A stretch of DNA of 33,237 nucleotides from the NCBI GenBank assembly GCA_964491425.1, contig CAZBFR010000002.1:1-33237 (forward strand), given 5' to 3'. How positions within the stretch are numbered: the first letter of the stretch is position 1; each line of letters starts with the position of its first letter. Of the stretch, positions 32,371-33,237 are shown one piece after another. The notes below the pieces were generated by a model. That model saw only the letters and a list, made by a program, of their open reading frames with translations. It made no database searches and was not told where the DNA came from. The stretch comes from an uncultured Gammaproteobacteria bacterium (GTDB lineage: Bacteria > Patescibacteriota > Patescibacteriia > UBA9934). The position numbers and the translations under genes are program-made.

Positions 32371-32783
32371 TGGGGTGTCGTGGTCGCCGGAGCGTCGCTT
32401 TCGGCTAGTCCGCTCGACTGGAGCGCTCGTTCAACGAAGAGGGTGATCGAATAAGAGGCGAGAATGATAATGATACCGATGATACAGTTTCTTATAATCC
32501 CTTGAGCTTGTTGTACTTTTTCCTGCGTTCCGCCCGCCGTCATCCAAAGAAATCCCGCGTAGAGAATATAGAAAAGGAGAACGACGCCGAGAAGCGATAG
32601 CGCTATTTGTATACCGTTACCGATAAGCTCAACGAGCGTTGGCGCGGTGTTAGCAGAACCAAAAACTGCAGCCCCCGCCTTGTCAAATTCATCTAAAATA
32701 TTTGCCTGCACGCGTAGTTGAGCAAATGCCTTGGCGGGAACAATGAAGGCTAGTCCACCCAAAAGTAAATAAAATCGTTTCAT
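32361..32783 (-). CDS. T4SS-pilin-like small membrane protein, paralog 2
   Basis: The start is taken at MKRFYLLLGGLAFIVPAKAFAQ (the ATG whose reverse complement is at 32781-32783). The motif is YAGFLWMTAGGTQEKVQQAQ. Confidence 0.7.
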   Translation of the reverse strand: MKRFYLLLGGLAFIVPAKAFAQLRVQANILDEFDKAGAAVFGSANTAPTLVELIGNGIQIALSLLGVVLLFYILYAGFLWMTAGGTQEKVQQAQGIIRNCIIGIIIILASYSITLFVERALQSSGLAESDAPATTTPQTP

Positions 32784-32787
32784 AGTA

Positions 32788-33168
32788 TTAGCTAGTCGGA
32801 TTCGCTCCGCCTGTTGCGGCCATGATAATAAATCGCGTAATCGCGTAGGCGGCGAGGATAATAACAAGACCGATAACGGCGTTACGGAAAACCCCCTGCG
32901 CCTTCGTTACTTGCTCTTCTTGGCCACCGGCGGTCATCCAAAGAAATCCCCCATAGATCATCAAAAGAAGAAAGGCGACGCCGGTTAGGGCGAAGAGGGG
33001 ATTGATAATACGTGCACCGACGAATGTTCCGATCGAGGCGTTTGCTCCGAGTTGGCCAAAGACCGCTACACCGGTTGTCGTAAGCCCCGTGTCATCTACC
33101 GAAACCTGTGCAAAGGCAAATTTTGGCATGAAAAGAAACAGCCCGAGAAGGAAGAACGCTTTTCTCAT
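32788..33168 (-). CDS. T4SS-pilin-like small membrane protein, paralog 3
   Basis: The start is taken at MRKAFFLLGLFLFMPKFAFAQ (the ATG whose reverse complement is at 33166-33168). The motif is YGGFLWMTAGGQEEQVTKAQ. Its stop lies 4 nt before the start of paralog 2. Confidence 0.7.
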   Translation of the reverse strand: MRKAFFLLGLFLFMPKFAFAQVSVDDTGLTTTGVAVFGQLGANASIGTFVGARIINPLFALTGVAFLLLMIYGGFLWMTAGGQEEQVTKAQGVFRNAVIGLVIILAAYAITRFIIMAATGGANPTS

Positions 33169-33237
33169 AGCGAAAGGGGACCTAAATCCCCAATCGTCAG
33201 GAGGAAAACTAGATGTTGTTTGCCGCGTCAAGGAGCG

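Noticed and set aside
1-33237. A search for CRISPR arrays, rRNA genes, transposases or integrases, and toxin-antitoxin pairs.
   Set aside because: No regularly spaced direct repeats, no rRNA-like sequence and no recombinase-like ORFs were seen. The only exact long repeat is the 35-bp pair at 19221 and 20276.

Overview
The window is 33.2 kb of origin-proximal chromosome from a compact bacterial genome. It carries the core set rpmH-rnpA-yidD <oriC> dnaA-dnaN, plus rpsO, pnp, tig, lspA, comM, a class A PBP and a NifS/NifU/ferredoxin/reductase cluster. Gene content suggests Patescibacteria/CPR: T4SS-pilin-like paralogs, DUF3137, NYN and 3D-domain proteins, few Shine-Dalgarno sites and many very short leaders. 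That assignment is inference only. By hand counts on 100-nt samples the backbone is about 48% GC. Three segments depart from it: 28447-31862 (about 60% GC), 20400-21150 (about 60% GC) and 21170-22080 (about 30% GC). Six things deserve follow-up. (1) A 3.4-kb GC-rich island, bounded by hairpins, encodes a 634-aa polytopic membrane protein and two translationally coupled secreted proteins. They are driven from an ~80-bp palindromic bidirectional promoter, next to three tandem pilin-like genes. (2) A ~370-nt structured, non-coding region has a near-consensus promoter, is preceded by an ectopic DnaA-box cluster, and I cannot assign it to any RNA family. (3) A 1-kb insertion carries an HExxH (lethal-factor-like motif) metallopeptidase gene. 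It is flanked by perfect 35-bp direct repeats that duplicate a gene end plus terminator, and it abuts tRNA-Cys. (4) Two conserved genes (lspA and a DUF167 gene) have no canonical in-frame start codon. (5) A recurrent TATACT -10 box sits 7-14 nt from start codons, implying leaderless or near-leaderless mRNAs. (6) Several proteins have lost their canonical Cys metal or redox ligands. No CRISPR array, rRNA, transposase or integrase is visible.
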